A stretch of DNA of 64,000 bases from Methanotrichaceae archaeon (GCA_963803145.1 CAWDLW010000023.1:32001-96000), one strand, 5' to 3'; shown: positions 32,061 to 43,557, counted from the first letter of the stretch. Program-made: numbers and translations. Notes: generated by a model not told the origin, from the letters alone.

Positions 32061-32646
32061 GAAACTGCGAAGAGATATTCGAGTATTCTGTTATAATCCT
32101 ATGAACTACCGAATCCAGAAATACCGCAATATCCTCTGTTGCGAGAACATCTGTCAGACTCCTATCAAATAGTATAGTTGCTTCAGGCGGAATCTCATCC
32201 TCACCTCTCCAGATAGTTATCCTGATGAAAACCTCCGGAAAGGTCTCTAGCATTATAGCAATATCTCCTCCTTCCACAACTTTGCCCTTATAACTTGTCG
32301 ATAGTCTTCTGATCAAGCCATCTGGATCTTTTTGCAGCCGCTCGATCAAAGGTCGAATGGTGTTATTTCGGTAAGCCGGGAAATACGTATCTCCTCCCCA
32401 GATATCCTTGAATGAAACCCAATCGCCGCTCGGTCTATAGCCATACTTCAGGCAGCCGATAAGATAGTGGAGGATTAGAACCGAGAGGTAATCTTCGGCA
32501 GGCAAAAGCGAGGACTGCTGCAGGATAGTCCTATCGCTCACATTTACCTCATAAGCATCTGTGAGAAACTGGATGGTAGATCTCGAAGAAAGGGCTAATT
32601 TTTCGAGCTCCTCCCAGGCCTTATTAAGCGCGATTTCACATCCCAT
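32032..32646 (-). CDS. DUF3786-like protein
   Basis: LILHYL, WVSFKDI.GG..Y, W.GEDE.PPEATILFD, L.TEDIA. Confidence 0.75.
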   Translation of the reverse strand: MGCEIALNKAWEELEKLALSSRSTIQFLTDAYEVNVSDRTILQQSSLLPAEDYLSVLILHYLIGCLKYGYRPSGDWVSFKDIWGGDTYFPAYRNNTIRPLIERLQKDPDGLIRRLSTSYKGKVVEGGDIAIMLETFPEVFIRITIWRGEDEIPPEATILFDRSLTDVLATEDIAVFLDSVVHRIITEYSNISSQFLTLQYSPAE

Positions 32647-32901
32647 TGCCAGATAGCTCTCATATTTGCATTTATAGTTCTTCTTTTGACTAATTGCCTA
32701 ATGAATTCAAGCTAACGCTAAAGTCCTCCAGATTGATTGTTCGGTATACTTCCATAAATAGAAGGTGAACGTAATTATGCCTATCGAATTATTATTTACC
32801 CTTAAGAGACCAATCATATGCCTTATCCTTGTTCTTGTGGCGGTCTCTATAATGTTGGGATGTGTTGCTTGAGTTCAGCCCAGTCATTACCTATGGCCTT
32901 T

Positions 32902-33480
32902 CTAATTTAGTTCTTTTACTCCTTCAAAGGCAGGTTTGGGCAACCTAATTTCATAGATGCGAACCATGTTCTCACGATCGTCGAGCCCTATCAACGGGAA
33001 CATCCACCCAACCATTTCAGGAAATCTTTCTTGGGGAACCTGGCTTGACATGATACCTAACGCCTTCCATTGATCGGTTAGTGAAATGCGTTCCTTGAAA
33101 ATCCGGTAGAGGTGGGTATCTTCTTTGTACAAGTGCATATCGAGATGAAAACGGAATGCTGCTGTGGCCCTAGCTGTCTGCAACAGGTCCCCTTCGGAAT
33201 ACGATTTGCTTAATGTGTCATATGCCCGGTCTAAGCCGCGATGGTCTTTCAAATAAGCCTCAGCAACTAGAGGAGCGACATTATCGAGCATGGGAAAGAC
33301 TGATAACTCTTCTCCATCTGCATGCCAGACCAGCATTTCATTGAAGAATCTGAAACGCTCCAAGGTGGCGGTAAGTCCTTCTTTTCCTTTTGCCGCATCC
33401 AAAGCCGCGGCATCGATATGCTTCAGATCATTTCTGAACGCATTGTGAAACGCAAGTATTATATCAACAGGTTCAGGCAT
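32902..33480 (-). CDS. Hemerythrin-domain protein
   Basis: H.AFR, H..GEE..VFP, DH, HL.KED; likely start MPEPVD. Confidence 0.8.
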   Translation of the reverse strand: MPEPVDIILAFHNAFRNDLKHIDAAALDAAKGKEGLTATLERFRFFNEMLVWHADGEELSVFPMLDNVAPLVAEAYLKDHRGLDRAYDTLSKSYSEGDLLQTARATAAFRFHLDMHLYKEDTHLYRIFKERISLTDQWKALGIMSSQVPQERFPEMVGWMFPLIGLDDRENMVRIYEIRLPKPAFEGVKELN

Positions 33481-33610
33481 AATAATTAGCGTATGTTGAA
33501 AGATATCAATATTATGTTCGATATGTGGATAGGTCCTATGATGCGTATAGAGCATCTTATATATCCCCATGATATCCCAAAAAGACAACAAAAGCTCGAG
33601 AGAATAAACA

Positions 33611-34216
33611 ATGCTCATTGATTTGCATATCCATACCAGGAGCGGCTCATCGTGCAGTGCCCTGCATACCAAGGATCTCATCAGGCGGGCGAAGGAGATA
33701 CATCTGGATGCCGTCTGCATCACAGACCACAATACCACCAAGGCGGTTGAAAGGGCTAAAAAGATTGGAGGAGAGCAAGGTCTTCTAGTTTTTGGCGGAA
33801 TTGAGGTGAGGTGCCGCGAAGGAGATGTCCTTGTCTTTGGGCTCGAGAATTCTCCCCACTCAGGGATCATGGCACAGGATCTAGTTAGTCTGGTGCATAG
33901 TGAGGGAGGAGTGGCGATACCTGCACATCCCTTCAGATCCTCTGCACCCAGCCTTGGGAGCATGGTATTCGAGGTTCAAAGCTTTGATGCAATTGAAGTG
34001 CTCAACGGCAATTCAAATGATGATGAGAACCGAATATCACGTGAGGCTGCGCAAAAGCTTGGTTTGCCTGGCACAGGCGGTAGCGATTCTCATTCGCTTA
34101 AGCATGTTGGGAGGTGCATTACTGAGTTTGAGGATAACGGCGTTAAGAGCGAACAAGATCTTATCAATGCTATAAAAGGCGGTAGGTTCAAGCCGAAACG
34201 ACTTTCACTCAAATGA
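33611..34216 (+). CDS. PHP-domain metal-dependent phosphoesterase
   Basis: DLHIHT, ITDHN, AHPF, GGSDSH. Confidence 0.9.
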   Translation: MLIDLHIHTRSGSSCSALHTKDLIRRAKEIHLDAVCITDHNTTKAVERAKKIGGEQGLLVFGGIEVRCREGDVLVFGLENSPHSGIMAQDLVSLVHSEGGVAIPAHPFRSSAPSLGSMVFEVQSFDAIEVLNGNSNDDENRISREAAQKLGLPGTGGSDSHSLKHVGRCITEFEDNGVKSEQDLINAIKGGRFKPKRLSLK

Positions 34217-34427
34217 GAAATAAATCAGCAATCGGATTATATGAGATCCTCCGGGAACGACCTGAGCTTAGAGAATCTTAAGGCCAGTTTTTAATGCAGA
34301 AAACACAATATTAATAATTTTAATATGGGTAAATAAAATTGCAAAATCTATAAAATTATACAATCTAAATCATACAAAAATATTTCCCTTATCTTCTTAA
34401 ATAGTATAGATAACTAATTGCCTAATA

Positions 34428-36662
34428 ATGATCTCTTACCTTGAGCACCCTCTGCTCAAGCCACAGACTGTGGAAAAGAGGCTCTTCCAGATGGATCTGG
34501 CAGCGACTGCCTTGAAGGAATCAAGCCTAGTTGTAGTGCCTACTGGCCTCGGAAAAACTGTGATAGCTCTTATGGTCCTGCTTGCAAGGCTTGATAAAGG
34601 CAGGATACTTTTCCTTGCACCAACAAAGCCTCTGGTCGAGCAGCATGCCTCATTTTTACGGAAGGTCCTCATGGATGAATCTATCGTTGCTATGATGACT
34701 GGGGAAACTATGCCTGAAAAGAGGGCCGAGATCTACAACCAGACTAGAATAATTGCATCCACGCCACAGGTCATCGAGAATGATTTGCTTTCCAGAAGAA
34801 TCGATCTGAAAGATGTAGGCCTGATCATATTCGATGAAGCCCACAGAGCCGTAGGGAACTATGCCTATGTCTACATTGCAGAGCGATATGGGCGCGAGGC
34901 ATCGAATCCCCTTGTGCTCGGCATCACAGCCAGCCCCGGAAGCCAGAGCGAGAAGATCGAAGAGATATGCACAAACCTGGGCATCGAGAAGATCCAGACC
35001 CGTACAGAAAGCGATCCTGATGTAGCTCCCTTTGTCCATCAGCGGGAGATAGAATGGGTCAAGGTCAAAGTTCCTGAGGAGCTTCTGAGGGTTAGGACTG
35101 CAATAGAGAATGTTCTGAAAGATAGAATCGATGATCTGAATCAGCTTGGAGTAGCACCTGCAAGGATCGATTTAAGAGCCTCAAAGAAGGAACTTCTAGG
35201 ACTACAGAGTATGCTTCACTCCTCTGTAGCAAGGAACGCGAGTCCGGCTGCTTTCAAGGGCATTTCCGTCTTGGCTGAAATACTCAAGCTCCATCATGCC
35301 ATTGAGCTGGCTGAAACGCAAAGCAGCGATGCATTGAACAGATACTTCCAGAAGCTTCAGGGAGAAGCCCTCTCTAGAAGCGGATCCAAGGCATCCCGCC
35401 GCATCATGGAGGACCCCAGGTTCAGACAGGCAATGGCAGCATTAATGGAAACAAATGTGGAGCATCCGAAGCTTGCAGCTGTGCAGAGCATTTTAAGAGA
35501 TCAGCTCCTGGCCAAGCCCGATTCCAGGATAATGGTCTTTACAAATTATAGAGACACAGCTTCGGCTCTTCTTAAGTCCCTAGAGAAGGATGATGCCATT
35601 AAAGCGGTCAGGTTTGTTGGTCAATCTAGCCGACAAGATGACGAGGGACTCAGCCAGAAGAGGCAGACCGAAATTCTGAACAAGTTCAGGTCTGGAGAGT
35701 TCAATGTCCTCATAGCCACATCAGTCGGCGAGGAAGGTATCGATATACCCGCCACGGATCTAGTTTTATTCTATGAGCCAGTGCCATCTGAAATTCGCAG
35801 CATTCAACGCAAAGGCAGAACGGGACGTGCAAGAGCTGGTAGGGTTGTTGTATTAATTGCAAAAGGCACACGCGATGAGGCCTACTATTGGATAAGCGAT
35901 CGCAAAGAAAAGAGCATGCAGAGGGAGATCCGCGGTCTGAGTGGCAAAGCGCAGGAATCTCTTGTAAAGGAGTTTAAGCCCAAGCAGATACAGATCACTG
36001 ATGTTGAGGATAAACCGGCGGAAACATTAGGCAAAATCTTCGTTGATCCCAGAGAGCGAGAGATGGGAAAACTGCTGGAGGCTCAAGGCCTTGAGGTGAC
36101 TTTGAAAAATCTAGAGGTTGGAGATTACATTGTCAGCGATCGAATTGCCATCGAGCGCAAAACTGCAGATGATTTTGTGGCGTCCATCATTGATCCAGAG
36201 AGGAACCTTTTCAGACAGATATCAGATCTATCGAGGTCTTATGAAAAGCCCGTTTTGATACTGGAGGGAAGAGACCTATACACTCGTCAGATAAGTCCCA
36301 ACTCCATTAGAGGTGCTCTGGCCGCAATAGCCATAGACTACGGTATTCCTATTATTCCCACTGAAAGCCGGGAGGAGACTGCAGCTATAATCGCTATACT
36401 CGCCGCCCGGGAACATAAAGAGGGACGAGAGCCTAAGCTGCACGGTCATAAAACTGCAAGAACGCTTTCAGAGCAGCAGGAATATCTGGTTTCGGCAATA
36501 CCCAGTGTTGGCCCTGCAGTTGCACGAAATCTGCTTAAGCACTTTGGAACGATTGAGAAAATCATGACAGCTTCAGAGGAGGAGCTTCGGCAGGTGGAGC
36601 TTGTGGGACCGAAGATTGCCGAGCGAATTCGAGAGCTGATTGGTGGGGAGTATAAAGGATAA
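34428..36662 (+). CDS. hef: Hef helicase/nuclease (DEAH + ERCC4 + HhH)
   Basis: PTGLGKT, DEAH, QRKGRTGR, GDY...ERKT..D, tandem HhH. Confidence 0.95.
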   Translation: MISYLEHPLLKPQTVEKRLFQMDLAATALKESSLVVVPTGLGKTVIALMVLLARLDKGRILFLAPTKPLVEQHASFLRKVLMDESIVAMMTGETMPEKRAEIYNQTRIIASTPQVIENDLLSRRIDLKDVGLIIFDEAHRAVGNYAYVYIAERYGREASNPLVLGITASPGSQSEKIEEICTNLGIEKIQTRTESDPDVAPFVHQREIEWVKVKVPEELLRVRTAIENVLKDRIDDLNQLGVAPARIDLRASKKELLGLQSMLHSSVARNASPAAFKGISVLAEILKLHHAIELAETQSSDALNRYFQKLQGEALSRSGSKASRRIMEDPRFRQAMAALMETNVEHPKLAAVQSILRDQLLAKPDSRIMVFTNYRDTASALLKSLEKDDAIKAVRFVGQSSRQDDEGLSQKRQTEILNKFRSGEFNVLIATSVGEEGIDIPATDLVLFYEPVPSEIRSIQRKGRTGRARAGRVVVLIAKGTRDEAYYWISDRKEKSMQREIRGLSGKAQESLVKEFKPKQIQITDVEDKPAETLGKIFVDPREREMGKLLEAQGLEVTLKNLEVGDYIVSDRIAIERKTADDFVASIIDPERNLFRQISDLSRSYEKPVLILEGRDLYTRQISPNSIRGALAAIAIDYGIPIIPTESREETAAIIAILAAREHKEGREPKLHGHKTARTLSEQQEYLVSAIPSVGPAVARNLLKHFGTIEKIMTASEEELRQVELVGPKIAERIRELIGGEYKG

Positions 36663-37027
36663 TATGAATAGGATATTTAATGGTTCTAACAGAAATTTGG
36701 TATGCAGCTAGTTATTAATAATATTATCGGCTATTAAGAATAGCGATTGTGGCCCGAGCATATGATCATCTGGGCTTAGTCAAACAGGCGGACCCTGCAG
36801 CCATACCAACTCGCTTCGACCTTGATTCCACGACCGAGGAATTTATAATTGATGTTCATGAGTAGCGTGAGCACAGCGAGTACAACGGTCAGTCGGCTCC
36901 TTTTATTCAGCATCTTGAGCCATTTAGTTTCTCTTCCTAATCTAGCACAAGCTAAATAACCATAGCTAGAGGGTAACATATAGATAATAAGACATAATTA
37001 CGTGTTTCAGTTAGTGCTGGTGTAGAA

Positions 37028-40000
37028 ATGGCGATTGATAACCTCTCCCAAAGGGTATTCGAGCTTTCACAGCGCTTAGAGGAACTCCAGGCAAAATGTG
37101 TGAGCAATCCAGCAAACGCACCCGATATCCTATCCGGTGTCATAGAGGATTTCCAGATTAGTCTCGAAGAGTTATCTGCTGCAGATGAGGAACTCATGCA
37201 GCAGAATGAGGAATTAATCGAGGCTCAGGAGGAACGGGAGAGGTATCTCAGAGAGTTGGAGGATTCCCATAAGGCCCTTCGTGAAAGCGAGGAGAAGTAC
37301 AGAGAGCTCGTGCAGAATACGAATAGCATAATATTGAAGTACGATATCAACGGGAAGATCACATTCTTCAACGAATATGCACAGAGGTTCTTTGGATACA
37401 CCAAGGACGAGATCATCGGAAAAGATGTCATGATCCTGGTCCCGAAAACAGAAAGCACAGGAGAGGGCTTAGAAACACTGGCAGATGATATACTGAAAGA
37501 CCCTGAAGGCTTCACAGAGAACGTAAATGAAAACATTTTGAGAAACGGTGAGCGAGTCTGGATCTCCTGGCGAAACAAGGTGATTTTAGATTCAGATGGG
37601 TGTGTCGTGGGCAACCTCGCTGTCGGTCAGGAAATCACCGAGCGCAAGCATATGGAAGCTGATTTAGAACAGCTAGCGTCCTTCCCAAAAATCAATCCGA
37701 ATCCAATCATCGAAGTTGACCTGGAAGGATGTGTTCATTTCCTTAACCCTGCCGCCAAAGAGCTGTTTCCCGGCCTCTTGGAAAGCGGATGCAATCACCC
37801 CTGGTTGACTGATTGGGAGCAGGTGGTGCAGATTTTCCATAAGAGGGGAACGAGCGCTTTTGTCCGAGATATTTTCGTTGGCGATAGGTGGTACCAGCAG
37901 TCGATGCATTTCGTTCCTAATACCCAAGCCATCCGCATCTATGGCCTGGACATCACAGAGCGCAGGCAGGCTGAGGATGCGCTGCAGGAAGCAAACGAAG
38001 AGCTTGAAGCCACAGGCGAGGAACTCCGCCAGCAAAATGGCGAGCTCATGCACGCTCAGTCAGCTCTACAGGAAAGCGAGGAGAAGTATCGCACTATCGT
38101 TGAGACTGCCAATGAGGGTATATGGGTCGTGGATTCAGAGGCCCAAACGACTTACGTCAACAAAAGAATGGCAGAGATGCTTGGGTTCAGCCCAGAAGAG
38201 ATGATTGGTAAAAAGTCGTCCGAGTTTATGGACGAGGAAGAAAGGGCTCGCCTTGAGTTAATGCTTGAACGCAGGCGGCAGGGCATCGAGGAGAGCTTTG
38301 AGTTCAAATTCATCCGCAAGGATGGCTCCTTTTTATGGGCACATTCAAACGCTGCGCCGCTTCGGGATAGAGATGGCAAGTTTGTTGGCTCTTTGGGCAT
38401 GCTTACGGATATTACGGAACGCAAGCGAGCTGAGGAGGCGCTCCAAATGCTTTCCAGACAGCGCCAGCTTGCACTGGACGCAGCGCGCATGGGTTGGTGG
38501 CGTTATGACCCGGTTACACGGATCGCATCATGGGACGACCGCTATAAGGAAATCTTCGGCGTTATAGGCGACCAGAGCCCGAATGATGAGATACTTAAGC
38601 GGCTGCATCCCGAAGATCTGCCTGGTGTCTGGGCGAAAGTGGAGGCTGCGCTGGATCCGACAAATCCCCAACCCTATTCGGCAGAGTACCGCATAAACCA
38701 TCCTGATGGATCGGTGCGATGGATCGAGGCTCACGGCATTGCGCTGTTTGAAGGGGTTGGCGAGAACAGACGGGCTGTAGACTTTGTCGGCACAGCAGCC
38801 GACATCACAGAGCGCAAGCAGGTCGAGGATGTACTGCGAACCACATTACAACGCTTATACACAGTTCTTTCAAGCATGTATTCCAGCATCTTGCTTGTGA
38901 CGAACGAGGGTCGGACTGAGTTTGCCAATCAAGCGTTCTCCGACTTTTTCGGTCTGAAGGGTTACTCTGCTGACTTAATAGGACTCACCTCATCAGAAAT
39001 GATCGAAAAAATTAAAAATGCTTACCTGCATCCTGATGAGGAAGTTAAACGCATAGGGGAAATAGTTGGCCGCGGACACCCTGTAAAAGGCGAAGAAATT
39101 GCAATGAGCGGCGATCGGACATGCCTGCGAGATTTCATTCCCATATGCATAGATGGAAAATCATATGGTCGGTTATGGCATCATCTGGACATCACAGAGC
39201 GAAAGCTGATGGAAGAGGAGCTGAGAAAAGCCCGTGATGAGCTGGAACTTAGGGTGAAGGCGAGAACCTCTGAACTACAGGATGCCAAAGAGAACCTCGA
39301 AATCATAAATGAAGAGCTTCAGGTGGAGATCTCAGAGCACGAGAAGACAGAGAAAGATCTGTTGAAGGCTAAAGAGACAGCAGAGGCTGCAGTCGAGGCC
39401 AAGGCAGCCTTCCTTGCGAACATGAGTCATGAGCTCAGAACACCCCTGAATGCTGTTATAGGCTTCTCAAGCCTTCTCCTGGATGATAACCTCACACAGG
39501 AGCAGAAGGAGGACATTGAGAGAATCAGAAACGGTGGAGAAGCTCTTCTAACGATCATTAGCGATATCCTTGAGTTTTCGAGAGCAGAAAAGGAGAAAGT
39601 AGAGCTTGAGCATCAGTCACTCAGCCTCAAGGCTTCCATCGAAGAATCTCTTGATATGGTTGCAGTGCAGGCCATCGATAAGGGTCTGAACCTTGCTTAT
39701 ACCATCGCTTATGGAACCCCGGATACTATCATCGGTGATCCCGGAAGACTTCGGCAGGTTTTAGTTAATCTGCTCAGCAACGCTGTCAAGTTCACTGATG
39801 TTGGGGATATATCAGTTTCAGTTTCGTCTAAAGCGCTCGTTGGCAACAAGTGCCAGATAACATTTTCAGTTAAGGACACAGGCATTGGAATGCCTCAGGA
39901 TAAGATGGATAGGCTCTTCAAGCCCTTTACACAGCTTGAGTATACCCTGAGCAGAAAACGTGATGGTGCAGGGCTCGGACTCTCCATAAGCAAGAAGCTT

Positions 40001-40519
40001 GTGGAACTTATGGGTGGAGAGATCTGGGCTGAAAGCGAGGAAAGCAAAGGCTCTACTTTCCGATTCACAATCCAGGCTGAGGTCATTCCAGGAAAGCAAT
40101 TGGACTTAGAAGATAAAGCTACTGAATATGAAAACCTCTCAGCTGAAAAGCCTTTCGCGATCCTTGTCGCCGAAGATAACCCTTCAAACCAGAAGGTACT
40201 CGTCGAGATGCTGAAACGCCTAGGCTATAGGGCGGATGCTGTTGCAGATGGCGTTGAGGTTCTGCAGGCCCTTCAAGTCCGACCTTACGATCTGATCTTC
40301 ATGGATATCAAGATGCCAGAGATGGATGGACTCACTGCCACCAGGGAGATACGAAAGCTCTGGCCTAATAACGGGCCGAAGATTATAGCTATCACAGCCT
40401 TCGCAATGGACGGCGATCAAGAAAAGTGTCTGGAAGCTGGCATGGATGGTTATATAGCAAAGCCTGTGAAAGTAAATGATCTTGCGATACTCTTGCGCAA
40501 TATTCCCTGCCAAGAGTAA
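37028..40519 (+). CDS. Multi-PAS hybrid sensor histidine kinase with receiver domain
   Basis: PAS/PAC repeats, SHELRTPL, NAVKFT, GLGL, MDIKMPEMDG. Confidence 0.95.
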   Translation: MAIDNLSQRVFELSQRLEELQAKCVSNPANAPDILSGVIEDFQISLEELSAADEELMQQNEELIEAQEERERYLRELEDSHKALRESEEKYRELVQNTNSIILKYDINGKITFFNEYAQRFFGYTKDEIIGKDVMILVPKTESTGEGLETLADDILKDPEGFTENVNENILRNGERVWISWRNKVILDSDGCVVGNLAVGQEITERKHMEADLEQLASFPKINPNPIIEVDLEGCVHFLNPAAKELFPGLLESGCNHPWLTDWEQVVQIFHKRGTSAFVRDIFVGDRWYQQSMHFVPNTQAIRIYGLDITERRQAEDALQEANEELEATGEELRQQNGELMHAQSALQESEEKYRTIVETANEGIWVVDSEAQTTYVNKRMAEMLGFSPEEMIGKKSSEFMDEEERARLELMLERRRQGIEESFEFKFIRKDGSFLWAHSNAAPLRDRDGKFVGSLGMLTDITERKRAEEALQMLSRQRQLALDAARMGWWRYDPVTRIASWDDRYKEIFGVIGDQSPNDEILKRLHPEDLPGVWAKVEAALDPTNPQPYSAEYRINHPDGSVRWIEAHGIALFEGVGENRRAVDFVGTAADITERKQVEDVLRTTLQRLYTVLSSMYSSILLVTNEGRTEFANQAFSDFFGLKGYSADLIGLTSSEMIEKIKNAYLHPDEEVKRIGEIVGRGHPVKGEEIAMSGDRTCLRDFIPICIDGKSYGRLWHHLDITERKLMEEELRKARDELELRVKARTSELQDAKENLEIINEELQVEISEHEKTEKDLLKAKETAEAAVEAKAAFLANMSHELRTPLNAVIGFSSLLLDDNLTQEQKEDIERIRNGGEALLTIISDILEFSRAEKEKVELEHQSLSLKASIEESLDMVAVQAIDKGLNLAYTIAYGTPDTIIGDPGRLRQVLVNLLSNAVKFTDVGDISVSVSSKALVGNKCQITFSVKDTGIGMPQDKMDRLFKPFTQLEYTLSRKRDGAGLGLSISKKLVELMGGEIWAESEESKGSTFRFTIQAEVIPGKQLDLEDKATEYENLSAEKPFAILVAEDNPSNQKVLVEMLKRLGYRADAVADGVEVLQALQVRPYDLIFMDIKMPEMDGLTATREIRKLWPNNGPKIIAITAFAMDGDQEKCLEAGMDGYIAKPVKVNDLAILLRNIPCQE

Positions 40520-40743
40520 AATTTGGAAATCAAAGCCCTTGAACTCAATCATTAAGATCTGGTACTTATGGATAAAGGATAGACCTCTGGAGGCATGATT
40601 CTCTGGATTGTTGCCCCTTTTATTCCGCTAATATTGCCATAATTACACAGATCGCTAAATCCCCAATTTCATTTTGATATTTAAGTTTGAAATAAAAATT
40701 TATATAAGTAGTTTGGTAGTATATACATACATGAGGTTCACTA

Positions 40744-41133
40744 TTGACAGGAGACAGCATCGGCCATATGCGTATTTTACTTGCAGAAGATGATGAATCA
40801 CATCGAAAATTAACTATGCTCATGCTGGCTCGTCTGGGCTATAAATCGGATGCTGTCTCGAATGGACGTCAGGCAATCCAAGCCGTTAGCCACAGCCAAT
40901 ATGATCTAGTACTCATGGATCTAGTAATGCCAGAGATGGATGGCCTGAAAGCTACTCGTGAAATGCGTAAGCTTGGGCAAAAGGAGATAAAGATTATAGC
41001 AATTACTGCCTACGTTGTTCCTGGTATTAGAGAGACGTGCCTCGAAGCAGGTATGGATGATTGCATTACCAAGCCTGTAAAGATAGGAGATCTGGCGAAG
41101 GTCCTAAATCAGTATAACTTAGATGTTCTGTAA
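40744..41133 (+). CDS. Stand-alone response regulator
   Basis: ILLAEDD, MDLVMPEMDG, KP. Confidence 0.9.
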   Translation: MTGDSIGHMRILLAEDDESHRKLTMLMLARLGYKSDAVSNGRQAIQAVSHSQYDLVLMDLVMPEMDGLKATREMRKLGQKEIKIIAITAYVVPGIRETCLEAGMDDCITKPVKIGDLAKVLNQYNLDVL

Positions 41134-41310
41134 ATTAGTTGAAGCCAATATATTTTGCTAGTAGATTCATGCGGAATTCCGCTCTCGGTATTAAAACATA
41201 AACTGGGATGAAGATGTCAAGTCCGACTATATCGGTAATTTATTCGACGCTGCTGGCTGCTGGGCATTAGTAAAATAGTAAAAATAAATTGGCCCATATC
41301 GATAATAAGG

Positions 41311-41742
41311 TCAGCTTATGCTAAGCTTGCTCAAAATAACACTCTCAAGCGTGGCCTTTGGGTAGTTTCCAAGGTGTTTGTATACGAGAGAGCCGTTTTT
41401 GAATATGAGCAGCATTGGGTAATGATAGATATGGTACTTGACACGGGTCTTATGGTTTTGATCCGTGAGAAGCTTGCCGAAAACAACCTTATCTTTGAAG
41501 TCCTGAGCCATCTCATCTACTGTTGGAGAGATAAGCTGACAGGGTTCGCACCCCTCTTTCCAGCAGTCCAGCACGAAGAGCGAGTAGCTCTTGACGGCAG
41601 AATCGAGAGTGCTATCAGTTATTGTTACTGGAGTAACTGGAGATTCATGCTGCCAAGGACCGACTATATCAGCCATATTGGCCACACAGGTTTTATCATT
41701 AGTGGCTATGATGGTTGGCACTAGCATAATCAGCATCATCAC
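41311..41742 (-). CDS. Exported thioredoxin-family protein
   Basis: CEPC active site, N-terminal hydrophobic leader. Confidence 0.85.
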   Translation of the reverse strand: MMMLIMLVPTIIATNDKTCVANMADIVGPWQHESPVTPVTITDSTLDSAVKSYSLFVLDCWKEGCEPCQLISPTVDEMAQDFKDKVVFGKLLTDQNHKTRVKYHIYHYPMLLIFKNGSLVYKHLGNYPKATLESVILSKLSIS

Positions 41743-42022
41743 TATGCATAGACTAAGTAAAGATTGAGCTATTTTTATTGAGATATCACTAGCCCCCTCA
41801 TTGCCAAAGTAGCCTTGTTAAGAACAAATATTAAAGCTTTTCAGTCAATATATTATGTGCCAATCGATTAATATTAAATCCAGTACATTATATGTAGCAA
41901 CTATAGTTTAGCCGAAAGATATATTATGTACATAAGCCGTTTATAAAAAGCTGCACTAACGTCGCTTCGTCGTAGGGATGTTTTGTGGCAGGATCGATCC
42001 TAGGGGTCGATGCCAAAGGTAA

Positions 42023-42217
42023 GTGAATCAAATGGAAAGGTTCGGCAATAGAGGCGGAAGCGGCTTCAACAGAGGCCCAAGAGAGATGCACGATGCAACC
42101 TGTGCAGAGTGCGGAAAGCAATGTCAAGTTCCCTTCAACCCAGATGGATCAAGGCCGGTCTACTGCAGCGATTGCTATCAGAAGCATAGACCCGCAAAGC
42201 CCCCAAGAAGATACTAG
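42023..42217 (+). CDS. CxxC-x17-CxxC domain protein
   Basis: CAECG...VPF.P...RPVYCSDC. Confidence 0.9.
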   Translation: MNQMERFGNRGGSGFNRGPREMHDATCAECGKQCQVPFNPDGSRPVYCSDCYQKHRPAKPPRRY

Positions 42218-42363
42218 ACTGATACGATTATATATTCGACTGTTCACAAGTGCAGGGCAGTGGTTTCTGGCCCTGCAAGGTTTTAATTTTCGTTCATTTA
42301 GGGTGATGCTTATTTCGAAGCTTCTAAGATAAAATTACTTATTAAAAATTTCTCCTTACTCCT

Positions 42364-43101
42364 TTATAATTCCAAAACCATCCCATCGCATGAAGCCACG
42401 ACATTATCAAAGCCCTGAATGCTCTTCACGGCGTTTAGCCTTTCCAGTATAGTTGTGTATCTGGCAGCATCGAAGTGAACAAGAGCAAGCCTCTTTGCAT
42501 TTGCTCGACGGGCGATGTCGGCTGCATCCTGAGGATTGAGATGTGGCCACTCAGGACTTTGCTCTCCCGGAAGATGGGCACATTCGGCTATAAGGAGATC
42601 TGCATCCTCTGCCAGCTTGACTGCATTATCGCAGATGCCTGTATCAGGAACATAGGCAATCCTCTTTCCATCAACTTCGAATTGGTAGCCCATGCATGGC
42701 GAGGCATGTACCAGGTAGTAGCACTCCAGCGGGAATGGAATTTTATAAGGCCCCTCCGAAAGATCGTGAACCTGTACAGGGTAAGGCATCTCGCTGAAGG
42801 GAATTGTAAACGGCCTTGTAATAATGGTATCCAGTGCCTTCTTCGTACCCTTTTGACCATAGATGTGAAGTATAGGGAAGCGGAACTTGTTAAGTATGTG
42901 CAGGCCCTCGATGTGGTCCAGATGGAAGTGACTTAGCAGAAGGTAGACAGGCAAGTCGTCATGGATATAGCGGTCTGCCTTGTAGATGCCGTTGCCTGCA
43001 TCGAGGATTATGTGATACTTTTCTGAGTTGACGAGAACAGAGATCGTGTTTCCTGTATCTGTGTCATACCAACCGTTGGTGCCGAGAAAGATTACTTCCA
43101 T
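42364..43101 (-). CDS. Metallo-beta-lactamase-fold hydrolase (RNase Z-like)
   Basis: FLGT.G, SHFHLDH, DT, LVHF. Confidence 0.85.
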   Translation of the reverse strand: MEVIFLGTNGWYDTDTGNTISVLVNSEKYHIILDAGNGIYKADRYIHDDLPVYLLLSHFHLDHIEGLHILNKFRFPILHIYGQKGTKKALDTIITRPFTIPFSEMPYPVQVHDLSEGPYKIPFPLECYYLVHASPCMGYQFEVDGKRIAYVPDTGICDNAVKLAEDADLLIAECAHLPGEQSPEWPHLNPQDAADIARRANAKRLALVHFDAARYTTILERLNAVKSIQGFDNVVASCDGMVLEL

Positions 43102-43221
43102 CCTTTAGCCTCAAGTGTATCTTCTTTCAAGCTGCCGTGTAGAAAAGCATGATTACAAGGTAGTATATAAGTTGCTAAGTTGTTTTAGTTGCTATAAATT
43201 GATAAAAATTGTTTGGGGAGG

Positions 43222-43557
43222 CTAATAATTGCCTCCGTGAAGTCTGCCGAACGTTCCCAGACGGAAACTGTCGAAATCATTGTAGTATCGTGGATAATAA
43301 TAGGGAGGATAATAAGTGCTGTAAATTGGGTAATAAATTGAATGGTAGATCGGATAATCTTCCCACCCCCAATAGTACATTGTATCGTAATATATTGGAT
43401 TTTCGTAATAGACCGGATAGTAATATGGTCCATAGGGATATATCGGCCCAACGCCGAGCCAATCTTGAGATGATTCCGAATTCCAATGTCCATGTCCAGA
43501 AGCTGCTCCTGCAAAGATGCCGAGGAGGAAGAGAGATAAACATAATAGCTTTATCAT
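43222..43557 (-). CDS. Small secreted Tyr/Pro-rich protein
   Basis: Signal peptide followed by YYP-rich low-complexity sequence. Confidence 0.6.
   Translation of the reverse strand: MIKLLCLSLFLLGIFAGAASGHGHWNSESSQDWLGVGPIYPYGPYYYPVYYENPIYYDTMYYWGWEDYPIYHSIYYPIYSTYYPPYYYPRYYNDFDSFRLGTFGRLHGGNY

Noticed and set aside
33481-33963. N-terminal extension of ORF 32902-33963
   Set aside because: It is antisense to the PHP gene; hemerythrin similarity begins at 33480.
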